The translations under genes were made by a program, and so were the position numbers. Shown here in pieces: positions 53,301 to 64,000 of a stretch of 64,000 nucleotides of DNA; within the stretch, counting starts at the first letter, position 1, and every line of letters starts with the position of its first letter. The DNA lies in contig CM060734.1 in assembly GCA_030704615.1 (NCBI GenBank), forward strand, positions 4,898,001 through 4,962,000, in the 5' to 3' direction. Source of the stretch: Takakia lepidozioides (lineage: Eukaryota > Plantae > Bryophyta). Below the pieces are notes generated by a model that was not told the DNA's origin, searched no databases, and worked only from the letters and a program-made list of their open reading frames with translations.

Positions 53301-53898
53301 GGGAATGCCGGAGCCTCCGGGCGTCTGGCCTGTTGCACCGGGTTGCAGCCTCTCTCAGAATGAGGCGGATGCTCTATCTACAGCAGAATTTTGAATGGTG
53401 CAACGCACAGACGTCCCGGCCCACGCATTTCTGGTTCCTCAGACCCAGCCATTGCAGACTGCTCGGTCCAGTAGAGACGGATTGGACAATTCTGCACATC
53501 CCACAATGCGATTCGGAAGAGTGAAGAGACGACACCCTCCCAACAAGTTGAATGAGACTCGGATTGCCAATGCTCTTGGGATGGCTTGCACTATTCAGAG
53601 CTCCGTGGACGTACCTCCACCCGGCCTTGGGCGTGTTTATCGGATGGCAACGGCCGGCTCGCTGTACGCGACGATGTATACACAATTACAATTGGAGTGG
53701 AGCCGACTTGCAATTGTAAGGACTTTCTCGTTGATGGAAGCAAAGAAGGGTTCAAAGTATTATCCGTGCAAGCATCTGTATTACATTTACCTGAAGAGGT
53801 TGAGGATGAACGTGACTATTGATGACTTTATTCATGCACCGGCGTTGAGCGTGAACGAGCTGCACAAACTCCTCCTTAGGGATTCCAGAAATCATTGA
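50396..53898 (+). pseudogene. MULE transposase of the outer element (GCM/WRKY-like Zn finger, DDE core, SWIM finger), multiple nonsense codons
   Basis: DRKHDGHPW...CVHCKEPPHC...C...HVGSHCH; MFDHIKR...GFMADNAQANW...CGFHF...TTNMAESVH; CNCKDF...PCKHLYYIY. One intron at about 52394-52479, at the same position as in the inner transposase. Start approximate. Confidence 0.87.
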
Positions 53899-54054
53899 TG
53901 GGGCAAAGGGAATCCTTCCATATGGATATTTTCAATTGCATTTTCATGTATCAGACTTTTTTTTGCAGTGTAATGAAATGCACCCCAAAACTCCTGGAAT
54001 GAGGCAATATTCCATTCAAACTGAGATCCAACAGCAGTTGTGGGGCCATTTCTG

Positions 54055-54370
54055 GAAAAATGGCGCCGAATTTCTCTATTTTGGGCCGAAAACTGGCTTA
54101 GTCCCAACATGCACTGGTACCCGTGTCTGGAAAAATGGCGCCGAATTTCCAGTTACATGGCCCATAACTGCCCAACATCTGTGCAATCCCCGGCACCATG
54201 TACCGAAATTCGGCGCCACATTTCCAAATTTTGGGCTTACACACCTGTCATGAGGGGACCTATAGCCGCGGAATTCGGCACCATTTTTCGCCAGAGAGAC
54301 CTATTACCGCGAAATACGTCGCGGTTTTTTCCGGTTACGGACCCTATTACCGCGAAATTCAGCGCCATTT
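54055..54370. repeat. Subterminal copies of the AAATGGCGCCGAATTT motif in both orientations
   Basis: Copies at about 54057, 54132, 54206, 54271 and 54354; same motif as the intronic and intergenic arrays. Confidence 0.8.
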
Positions 54371-54613
54371 TTGCACATGTCGCTGGGAATTGGCATGAGC
54401 GGAAGACGAAATATGATGAGCACAACTCTTAAAACTACAATTTTCCCTTCAAGGTGCCGAATAATATATTTGTTTTTCTGACATATTGCATTAAATTAAT
54501 GTTTTATAATGTTTTTTATTTTCAAAATTTGTACTTCTGCTCATGAAAACCGATTGTCTTACTACTCCGCTCATGCCGCTCATGCCGCTCATGCTCATGA
54601 AATAGCTAACCTC

Positions 54614-57000
54614 GGTAATAAGTTGTACTCTTCCTATGCACAATCATGAACTCTTTAATCAATAGTTCAATGGTCTCATTAATGAAGTGACTTCCCTGGT
54701 CACTGATAAATTCCAGGGGACAGCCAAATCGTGTAAGTATGTTCTCATACAGGAACCTTGCTGTGGACTTAGCTGTGTTGTCCCTCAGAGCTTTAGCTTC
54801 CACCCACTTTGTAGTATAATCAGTGGCTGTGATTATATACTTGTTCTGTGTATTCTTGGCTGGTGGGTTAATTGGTCCAACAAAGTCTAGTCCCCATTTC
54901 TGAAATGGTTCAGTAGGCATCGTAGGATGCAAAGTCATCTTCCCAGATCTCTGCAATGGTCCTAGCCTCTGGCACTCATCACAACTCTTACAATACTTGT
55001 GTACATCCTTGAACAAAGTAGGCCACCAGTAACCTACAAGTAGTATCTTTCTACTGGTAGTCTCTTCTCCAAAATGACCTCCAGCCACTCCTTTATGAAC
55101 TTCCTCCAAAACTTTATTTACTTCATGGTGGTACAAGCATCGTTTAAGTACTCCATCAGGTCCTAGCTTATACATTCTCCCCCCTATCATAGTATAAGAT
55201 AAAGCCTTGATAGCGATTCTCTTCCTCTGCTCCTTTCCATAACTAGGTGGGCAGTGACCATGAGTGAGGTAGTATCTGATTGGCCACTGCCAATCTAACC
55301 AGTCATCTGCACTTCCCTGCACCTCCACTGCAAATAAACTCGCATCAGATAATTGGTCATCTACTCTTGTGGCGGGCTCTCCTGTTGATAGGCGTGACAT
55401 GTGATGCAAACAGCCTGGCTTGTAAACAACTTCGAACTCAAACTCGTGCAAGATTATTAACCACCTTGCTATCCTTCCACTTATCAAAGGTTTGTTCACC
55501 AGATATATCAGAGCCTGGTGATCCACATAAACAATAAACTTCCTTCCCAATAGGTAATGCCTAAATTTCTTGACTGCATAAATCATTGCCAGTGCTTCTC
55601 TTTCAGTTGTGCTATAGTTCCTTTCAGCACTGTTCATCAACCTGCTAGCATAGTACACAGGTGAATCTATATTTCCTGTAACATTTTGGGCTAACACTGC
55701 TCCCAACGGTTCTCCTGAGGCATCACAATTAACATGAAATACTACATGCCAGTGAGGGTTAATCAGCACAGGTGTAGTTGTTACTGACAATGTAAGTTCC
55801 TCAAAAGCCTGTTGACATTCAACTGTCCATGCAAACACTGCATCTTTCTTCAGAAGCTTGCTCAATGGTGCTGCTATCTGTGCATACCGTCTGACAAATC
55901 TTCTGTAATAACTGGTTTGTCCAAGGAATCTTCTTAGACTCTTAACATTTACTGGTGGTGGAGAAGCTTTAATGGCCTCTGTCTTTCTGGGATCCACAAG
56001 AAGTCCTCTCTTACACACAATGTGTCCCAAAAGCACCCCTGAGTTCACACAAAAAGTACACTTCTCTGGATTCAGGCCCAGACCTCTCATCCTGCATCTG
56101 GCCAAACATAACTCCAATTTATGCAAATGCTCATTCTTAGAGCTGTACACACTGAAATCATCCAAGAACACCTGCATGAAATCATCCAAATACTCATGAA
56201 AAGATTCACTTATCACTCTCTGAAAGGTTGCTGGTGCATTACAAAGTCCAAAAGGCATGACTTTGTAGCATAAGCACCCCAGTCTGTGATGAAAACTGTC
56301 TTTCCCTGGTCTTCTTCTGCCACTTGCACTTGATTATAACCACTGAAGCCATCCATGAATGAGTACATCTCATGGCCTGCCACAGTGTGCAATACCGCTT
56401 CTGTGAATGGCAAAGGGAAAGGATCTTTTTTCGTACAAGCATTTAACTTCTTATAGTTCACACAAACTCTCAGTTTACCATTCTTCTTGGGAACTATCAC
56501 AATGGGTGACAACCAAGTTGTATACTCTATCGGGTATATAAACTTAGCCTCAGCCAACTTCTTGATCTCTTCTCCAACCTTCTGTGCATAGTTGGGATTC
56601 ATTCTGTACCTTGCCTGTTTGATTGGTACTGACCCTGGTTCTAGTTCAATCTTATGCTGACAGATCTCAGGTGGTATCCCTTTCAGATCCTCGTAGCTCC
56701 AAGCAAATACATCTCTGTATTTGATGAACAGACTCTTAGCTTCCTCAAAGAATTCTGGCTCCAAATCAGCCCCTACCTTCACCATCCTTGGTTCCCCTTC
56801 AGTTCCCACATTCACTTCTCTCACCTGCTCATCAGCTGTGATTGTCCATCCAGTCACCACTTCATCCTGTAAACTCACAGTGGCTGGTTCCTCTAGGATT
56901 TCCATTTCTCCCTCTCTTTCTTCATAGAAATGTGGTGGGTAACTGCTTGTTTCACCCTCAATTGGTGTTGCTGTCACTACACCACAGCAGATACCTTTTA
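54614..57000 (-). pseudogene. Gypsy (non-chromovirus) RT-RNase H-integrase N-terminal half
   Basis: WLSPIVIVPKKNGKLRVCVNY, MDGFSGYNQ, MPFGLCNAPATFQR, FLDDFSVY, NCDASG, HKGVAGGH...CDECQR, WGLDFVGP...SDQGSHF. Frameshift near 56260. Confidence 0.93.
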
Positions 57001-57855
57001 AACAACTTAGGCCTTCCAATAAGAGAAATGCAGAAGAGTACTGATATTCCTATGGCAGATTCCTCTGATTCTGAAAGAGAAGAGGAAGTGAGTGAGGATG
57101 AGAAAGAAGCTGCAGAAATGCAGAGTAATGAAGGGACTTTGGCTGAAGTAATATGCCAGTCCAAAGCAGAGATTACCATTGGACAGCTATTGGTTGTGGC
57201 ACCTTATTGTAGACACAGGCTGTATCAAGCAATCAATCGAATTGCCCATGTGACAGGGAACACAGACCTGAACAGCAAGGTGACCAGTTATAATGTGAAG
57301 CCGGAAGGGCGAGAAACAGTCACGGACTTTGATGATTCTATGCCAATAATCCAATTGAGAATTGGAAGCACAGAACTAACTGATGTACTGATAGATGGAG
57401 GCTCTGGAGTGAATATCATGACAGACCAATTAAGGCAGAAGCTTGGTCTAAGTAACATGAAACCAGCCCCATTTACAGTAACAATGGCAGATCAAAGAAG
57501 TGTACAGCCATTGGGATTGATAAGAGGAGTTAAGATACAGATTCAAAAGATGATCTTTATGATCACAGTAACTGTGTTGAAAATGGATGAAGTCATGGAA
57601 GCTTACTCCTTATTGTTGGGTCGACCGTGGCTGAAACAGGCCAGGGTATTCCATGACTGGAGTTCCCAGTTACTAACTGTGCATGATGGGATGCACAAGA
57701 TACAAATCACCACTAAGAAATCTAGTAGACTACCTGCTACGAGAAGACCTCGAGGGGTCAGGGAGTATGACTGGAGGAGAGGACTTGATGAGGAGCAGGA
57801 AGCTACCATGTTCGCTGCACACCCAGAGTGGGAGCAGGTTGCAGAGATGCAGTGG
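57001..57855 (+). pseudogene. Gypsy Gag C-terminus and aspartic protease, inverted relative to the adjacent RT
   Basis: EITIGQLL.VAP.CR, VLIDGGSGVNIM and YSLLLGRPWLKQAR on the plus strand. Confidence 0.85.
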
Positions 57856-58142
57856 GTCGCCCATTGTACCCAATTCTCCCAATCGCCATCCAATGGGACC
57901 CATGCCAACCGCCATGCAGTTGTCATGGCAAAGTCCCGCTCCCTTGTAACTCGATCGACATCATCCATGGTATCGGATTGAATGGCTACCCTTGAGCATT
58001 CCCCGGTTTCCAGTATTGGATTTTTTCCTTTTCTACTTCTCTCATCCGCAATTCGTTGTTCTTCAACCATGGTTTCATCGGCCTTAGGGTCAAGGACGTC
58101 CGTAATTTCGGCAATGATGCGGTCAATACTGCGATCTGGCAA

Positions 58143-61100
58143 GAGAGAAGACTCCAGCCGAGGCCGGCGTAACTAAGAATCACTTCGCCTTGCGGCTACT
58201 GCCCCCTTTCGGGGGTGGGCCCTATATAAATATGACAGGCGTCCGGGGGACACCAAGTGACCGGGAGTTTGCGGTACCGGAGATGGGGTGGATTCAAGTT
58301 TCCACTTATTGGTTATGATGGTTGTGAGAGAGCGAAGTGTCGTAAGGTGAATGTCTTTAAAGCATGTATGGATGGAGGTGGTGGGGATTTTAAAATTGTC
58401 TTGAAGTGTTGAGATACTGTCATTGTGTATGCCCCCTCTGGTGCCTGCAGAGATGACGGAGAGTGGGCCCGTGGCCCACCCTCGTCGGCGAATAGCAAGG
58501 ATAAGCAGGGCGTATTTCTGTCGTTTTTCGAGGATGGAGGTGTGCGGGAAGCGGTCATGGTAGTACGTAAATTCGTTGAAGTGTATGATTAGTGATGGGG
58601 TAGGAGTGGAGGGTGGAGGGGCGTTGGTGGGAAGTCCATGAACTAAGAGAATATTTGGGCAGAGCCTAGCGGGACATGTGCATGTAGCATGGGGTTGGCA
58701 CATACAGGGTAGTAGCCAGGATGGTACTGTATGGTCTGGGGGTCTACCTTGGTAAGTGCCAACATTGATGAGTGAGAACCATCTGGTTTCTTTATGTCGT
58801 TGTAATAGTTTGTGGATGTGCCATACAACTTGATTGTGCCTGGCGATACAAAGGCCATGCAAGACTGGGTGGGGGCATTTACTGAGGATATGTGGCCAAG
58901 TATTAGGTACTGCATGTATATGGGAGCAGAAGGGGCAGTGGGGGGATGTAAAAATGGTTGGCTAGAAGGTATGCTTACGCTGGTGCCCCATATACTGGGC
59001 GAATCTAAACTTAAGTGTTTGTTTGATTTGTGCGTCGGAAGCGGCCTTAGCGTGCCAAAAGTGGTTGGACAGTTTATGATTGAGTAGTGTGGAGTGTGTC
59101 CATTTTTGGATATGTTGTTTGGTGTGACTGAGTGATACAACGGCTTGTTTGTTGGCTTCTTTAGAGAGAGTAGTGCGGAGGTTACGGATAGGTTTAGTTC
59201 GGGGGCGTATGAGCAGTGTGGATGGGGTCTGTGGGGGGTTCTACTGGGGGTTTAGAGGCCCCTAGTTGGGCAAGGAGGTCAGCCTCCTCGTTCCCGTTGA
59301 TGCCGCTATGTGAGCGTACTTGGGTTGGTTTATTGAGATGGCTAAAGTGATGATTGCTGAGATGAGATTACGATCTGAGTGGTGATGGTGGGAGGATGGG
59401 CTGGCTATGTGGTTTCGCAGGAGAAAGAGCGAAGTTAAGCTATCTGTAAAAATGTAGTATGGTGAGGGGAATGCGTGTAGTTGGGAGAGGGCTTCGTAGA
59501 TGGCCATAAGTTCGGCACGTAGTATGGTTGCGGGGCCCGGAAGTTGGTGAGCTGTACCAGTGTTAATGGTTGTGTGGTAGATTCCATATCCGGCGCAGGA
59601 GCCAGCTTGGGAGCCATCTGTGTAGTGTGCATGTACTGAGGGGTATTTTAAAGAAGTAGGGCCTACATGAATTGGAGGGGCTCCAACATGGGTGATATTG
59701 AGTGATGGGATGGGGCGGGGAGGGGTCGGAATCCATGTTTTGTTTGTTTTTGGTCTGTAGGGGGATCGAGATGGGGCGTGTAAAGGTTGCGTTGGAAAGG
59801 ATGTGATAGCCATGTTGTGAGTGTCGGACAGTAACAGTTGAAGGTGGGTAGAGAAGTCTATAGGTATATGGGTGTGGGCAGCGTTGTGGACTAACAGGAT
59901 TAGGGTTAGGGTAGGTTCTTTGTGTCTTAGGTATTTAGGGAAGGGTGGATTGCGTATGTATCGAAGTTGTTTGGGTTCAATGGCTACCAAAGGAGTAACG
60001 TCAGGAGGGAGTTGTATAAGCGGGTGGTGATGGTCAGGCATTTTTTGTTGAGTTAGGATGAGGATAGTTGAGGTGGAAGGGGAGGAGTGTGTAGCCTAGC
60101 GGGCCCATTGAAGGGCCTCGTGTGCAAGTGGCCCTGCGGGCGGGTGAGCGAGGCCTCCCCCTGTCCATGTGTGCTGGGTAGCGGTTCCTAAAGCACCAAA
60201 TATACGGTCACGTGGATATGGGCTACTATATGTGGAGAGCTCCATGGGGCAGGTTAGTGGGCTGGAGTAATATGAGCGAGTCAACTGAAATGAGGCGATG
60301 AGGAGTTTGAGGATATCTGGGGGGAGGGTAGTATGGGAGTAGGCTTGCGCCAGTTTGTTGAGATTACGGGGCTTCTTAGTGGGGGTATCTCAAAGGTATC
60401 GGTTTAGAAGCCAGCTGACCTCTGTGGCAAAGTCTTGTTTTGGAGGCTGTAGCTGGCTATAGTGTGTGTCAGAGGTGGAATATTTATACCAAAGCCGTGC
60501 AAGCCGGACATTGAGAATGGATCCGGCAAAATTACCGTTGATTGTGTAAATGTTGGGTTGTGAGGGGCTGGGGCATATTAATGGGTGGCCGGGCATAATA
60601 TCTTTGTCTGGGTTGCATTTGGTGATGTGTATTTGTATATTAGGAGTGGCTAGTGGTTTGCTGATGTAGCGGGTGTCAGTGGGTTGGGTTTGCGAGACAT
60701 GATGTTGGTGGGTGTGCCTTAGATAGGTGGTGTTTGTGGTTTTGTGGAATCTGATGAGGAGAGTGCGGTTATGAGCCGGGTCGCAGTCGTCATGTGATCC
60801 AAAGAGGTCATCTTTAATTTGCCATGTGTTATCTTCTGCTGGGAATCCCTCCCATTTACACAGATAGTATGTATCGACACATATCGCTCTGAAGGCGTCA
60901 AATGATGTTTCGGTTTTGATGCCGAGGGTAGCTTCAATAACGAAGGCCTCGGGGTGGTCTGGGTCTGGTAGGTGGGGGTACGGTGCTGGAGTGGGTGACA
61001 ATTGGGGTATAGGGGGGGATTGTTGATGTGTGTTAGGTGATTTTGGTGACATACAAGGAGATGCGGTGAGGGGGGAGGGAGGGGGGGGGAGGGCTGGGGA

Positions 61101-63430
61101 GAGGGGGGAGAGGGGGTTGGGGGGGGAAGAGGGTATAGACTGGGGGTTTTGAGATGCTTTAAGTAGTTGTAGTATTGATGGGGCTGGTGCTGTTCTGAAT
61201 TCCGGGAGGAGGTCTTGGATATTGTGCGGATAGAGCTTGCATGGCATATCACATTGTAAGGTGCAGGAGGCAAATGGGTGGCAAAAGAGGAGACGCAGAT
61301 AGAGTAGGAAGCGGCGTGTCTTAATTGTGGCCCGTGAATGTTTTATGGTGAATTGACTTGAGGTTAGGAGCCGGTGTCCATCCGCAGTGGTGAGTTGGGC
61401 AAGGTTAGTGATATGTCGTGCTTTGAAGTAGGCGAGGATGTGTTTTTTCTGTTTAGGATGTGAATTTTCAAATTGTGAGGAAGAGGGGCTATTGTTCCAA
61501 GCGCGTTCAAGTGGTGATATGGAGGTGGGATAGCCAGGAAGATCAGTTTGGATGCTTCTTTTCATTTGGCATAGGAGAAAGAGGGTGCGGGTGGTGGGTG
61601 AGTGGAGGCAGGATTGCGGGTGAAGGGTGGGGAGGGAGTATAGCCCGTTGTATTTGGAGGCAAGGTGCTTGAGTAGACCTTGGAAAATGAACCCTAGACG
61701 ACCCGGGTCGTTAAGGGCTTCTAGGAGTTGTGTACCAAGTGTGCGGGCATATGAGATTATAAGGGGAGTAGATCCTATGCCATAATTGTCTTGGGGTAGC
61801 TGAGTGAGGACGTTGGGGCTACTAGTAGGTAATCCGCATATATGTTTGGTGAGTTGGATATTTTTGTCCAGTTGTCTAATGTCAGGCAGGGAAAAGGGGG
61901 CTACATGAAAGGCGTATTGGATTTGTGGGTAGAGGACTTGTGGATGATAGCTAGTTTGGGACGAATGGATATGGGGGATTTGAGAAGGGCTAGGCTTTTG
62001 TTGTTTAGTTTAGAGAGGGTTGTTTGCTTTTGGATGGTCCAGGTAAGCGATGGGACTAGTTGGATTCCATGCCTGACCATTGGTTAAAGTGGGAGAGTTT
62101 GTCGACCTGGCGGTTGAGATGTTGGGGCTTGTGTGCTAGGATAGCGAGGTCGTCTGCGTAGGCGGCTGCAGATATTTCGTTAGTAGAGGTTTTGTATTGG
62201 TATCCTAAGTTGCCTCGGGCAAGCCATCTTAGTAAATATGGTTCAAGGAAGATAATGAAGAGATAGGGGCTCAACGTGTCTCTTGGATGGTGCCGCGTAG
62301 GATGGGATTGGGGGGGGGGGGTGGAGCCATAGTAGGAACCAAAATATTCTGTGGTGTTGTTGGTGTAGATGTCACCGATGAGTTGGATGGCGTCGGTGGG
62401 GTAACCTAGATCTGACATGATGGCCAGTAATCTAGGGTGGTCTAGAGAGCCGAAGGCGTTTTTGAAGTCGATATAGAGGAGGTAGATGTCTTGTTTGGTA
62501 AGTTTAGAGTCTTCGAGGGCGGAGATAACGTATTGTATCTGATGGATTGTGCTTCGTGTGGCTCGGAACCCTTCTTGGGGGTCGCTTAAAATTGGTTTTG
62601 TTCTCCGTAATTAGACAGCATCCTTGTTAGGGTACTGGTGAATAATTTATAGATAGTGTTGGTGAGGGCTAATGGTCTGTAATTACTTAGATCCGTTGGG
62701 TCATCTTTTTTGAATAATAGAATGGTTCGGCTATGTTTCCAAGAGAGTGGGATACGTTTAAGTAGGTAGCAAAGTTGAAAAAATTGAAAGAGGTGAGAAT
62801 GGAACTGGGGGTCAAGTGCTTGTAGGATGGCGTTGGGGATTAGATCCGGGCCCGGGGCTTTTGATTTAGAAAGAGCTTTTAGGCATGAGTTGAATAGGTC
62901 CTGGGTAAAGAAGTTAATGATGTGGTCTTCGGGTCGGCCTCGCTTTTCAAGTGAGAAGCCATCAAGATCGTGCCATGCAGGGTAGTGTTTTACTTTACAT
63001 AAACAGTTGTGTTGGTGTAGGTTAGGGTGCAAGCAGTTATTGACCGTGGGTGTGTATGAGTCCGAAGCTTATAGCCAGATTTCATGTCTAATATCCTCAG
63101 GGTGGGTTAACAAATGGCCAAGTCTGTGTTTGATGCAGTCGATAGGTGGATTGATTGTGGGGTTGAAGATGGCTTTGTGAGCTCTTTTGGGGTGATCGTG
63201 TAGTAGCTTTCCAAAGGAAGCGACAATTTTTTTGTGGTTTTCGGTGGCTTTATGCTTTGTGATGGCATATGTAGCTTTTTTGGCATCCCTTCCAATCTTG
63301 GAGAGAGAGGCAATCCACTGGGGGAGAGCAAGCGGATCTGTGGGGGGAGGCACAGATGGTTGATACGTGGGTCGACTTGCCAATTGTTATATGAAGGGGT
63401 TGGGCGTGATAGTGACCTCCGTTGGGGAAC
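58143..63430 (-). mobile_element. Dualen/RandI-like non-LTR retrotransposon, 5'-truncated and frameshifted (RT, chromodomain, PCIF1-like MTase, RNase H, CCHC and restriction-like endonuclease)
   Basis: KAPGPD...NYRPLALTNTIYKLF, YIDFKNAF, DTLSPYLF, AYADDLA; YLCKWEGFPAEDNTWQ; YSSPLTC...DRIFGALG...AHPP; YTDGS...RAELMAI...FTDS; CPLC...HILSKC...ARHN...PNILL...EFT...EKRQKY. RNase H plus a C-terminal RLE is the Dualen/RandI arrangement; the APE domain and the 5' TSD are not visible. Confidence 0.8.
58147..58225 (-). other. Structured RNA element at the LINE 3' end
   Basis: Minus strand: CCCC-GAAA-GGGG hairpin, C-AGUA-GCC-GCAA-GGC-GAA-G (loop-E/bulged-G pattern capped by a GNRA loop), and a CCGGC-YUCG-GCYGG hairpin before the TC-rich tail. 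Confidence 0.65.
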
Positions 63431-64000
63431 CTAGAGTCCATCGAATCTTTGAGGAGGGATTTAAAGAAGCCAGGGGCCATTGAGGGAAGAGAAAGAGTAA
63501 AGTGGAGAGAGGGAGGGATTTGACTAAGGAGGTGAAGACTCCTATTCTAATCACACTTACTCAACAGAATGCAAATAAAGCTGATTTTTGAAAGCGACTC
63601 TTATGTGTAGCTAGAAGGGGATGACAGAAAGCGAGAACTACACCCTAAACTAACCCTGAGAACAATGCTTAAACTTGAAGATTATGGATGAAGCAAAAGA
63701 CGTGATTGATGGAGGAGCTAAAAAATAGGGCGGGGGGGAGGGAGGATAGAGATTTGGCGGCTTCAATGCTTATTGCTAGGGATTCTGGCTGGCTGGAGGA
63801 GATGAAAGAGAAGAAGAAAAGGCAAAGATGAAGTTGATGAACTAAAAACACTATTTTCAGAATGAATGTTGATATCCATTGTTGCTTGAAAAATATATGT
63901 AAAAGAAGCTCCTGAATCACCGTGTAGTCGTGGAACAGCTCACGAACTGTGGTAAGAGAAGATTGGGAAAACATGAGAAGAGAGAACAAAAAACGACCGT

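Larger units (their letters stand above)
30780..54613. mobile_element. Outer MULE-like DNA transposon (23.8 kb with the nested element, about 13.2 kb without) carrying a transposase and a ParB-methyltransferase gene
   Basis: 9-bp TSD GGTAATAAG (30771-30779 and 54614-54622) exactly splits a gypsy integrase. Imperfect TIRs GGGGGCTGTTATTTCATGAGC vs GAGGTTAGCTATTTCATGAGC are followed by repeated GCATGAGC. Confidence 0.9.

Noticed and set aside
58147-58225. Hammerhead ribozyme or group II intron domain V
   Set aside because: It lacks the CUGANGA/GAAA core and the domain V AGC-triad hairpin pattern.

Overview
Eukaryotic, transposon-dense plant DNA; a non-seed land plant is my inference from the pinin sequence and the TE types. 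There is one intact host gene, a 10-exon pinin/PNN homologue (6684-13846, minus). Around it are the 3' end of a hAT transposon, a tRNA-derived SINE, a hAT-type MITE, a very young full-length chromoviral Ty3/gypsy element (18847-25819), a decayed non-chromoviral gypsy element and a Dualen/RandI-like LINE. The main observation is two distinct, nested Mutator-like (MULE) transposons, outer 30780-54613 and inner 35510-46146. Each has a 9-bp TSD and degenerate TIRs, and both share one architecture: a GCM/WRKY-like Zn finger-DDE-SWIM transposase head-to-head with an intron-containing gene for a ParB/Srx-like (DGNHR) domain fused to a beta-class amino-(N6A/N4C) DNA methyltransferase fold. Each element also carries an array of its own palindromic motif in the equivalent intron of that gene. 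This looks like a transposon-encoded self-recognition or self-marking system, analogous in layout to VANDAL/VANC but built from prokaryote-type ParB and methylase domains; the function is inference. Separately, the LINE carries a chromodomain, a PCIF1/CAPAM-like adenine methyltransferase domain and a structured 3' RNA that also occurs alone as an 83-bp insertion. All domain calls are by-eye motif recognition; no searches were run.
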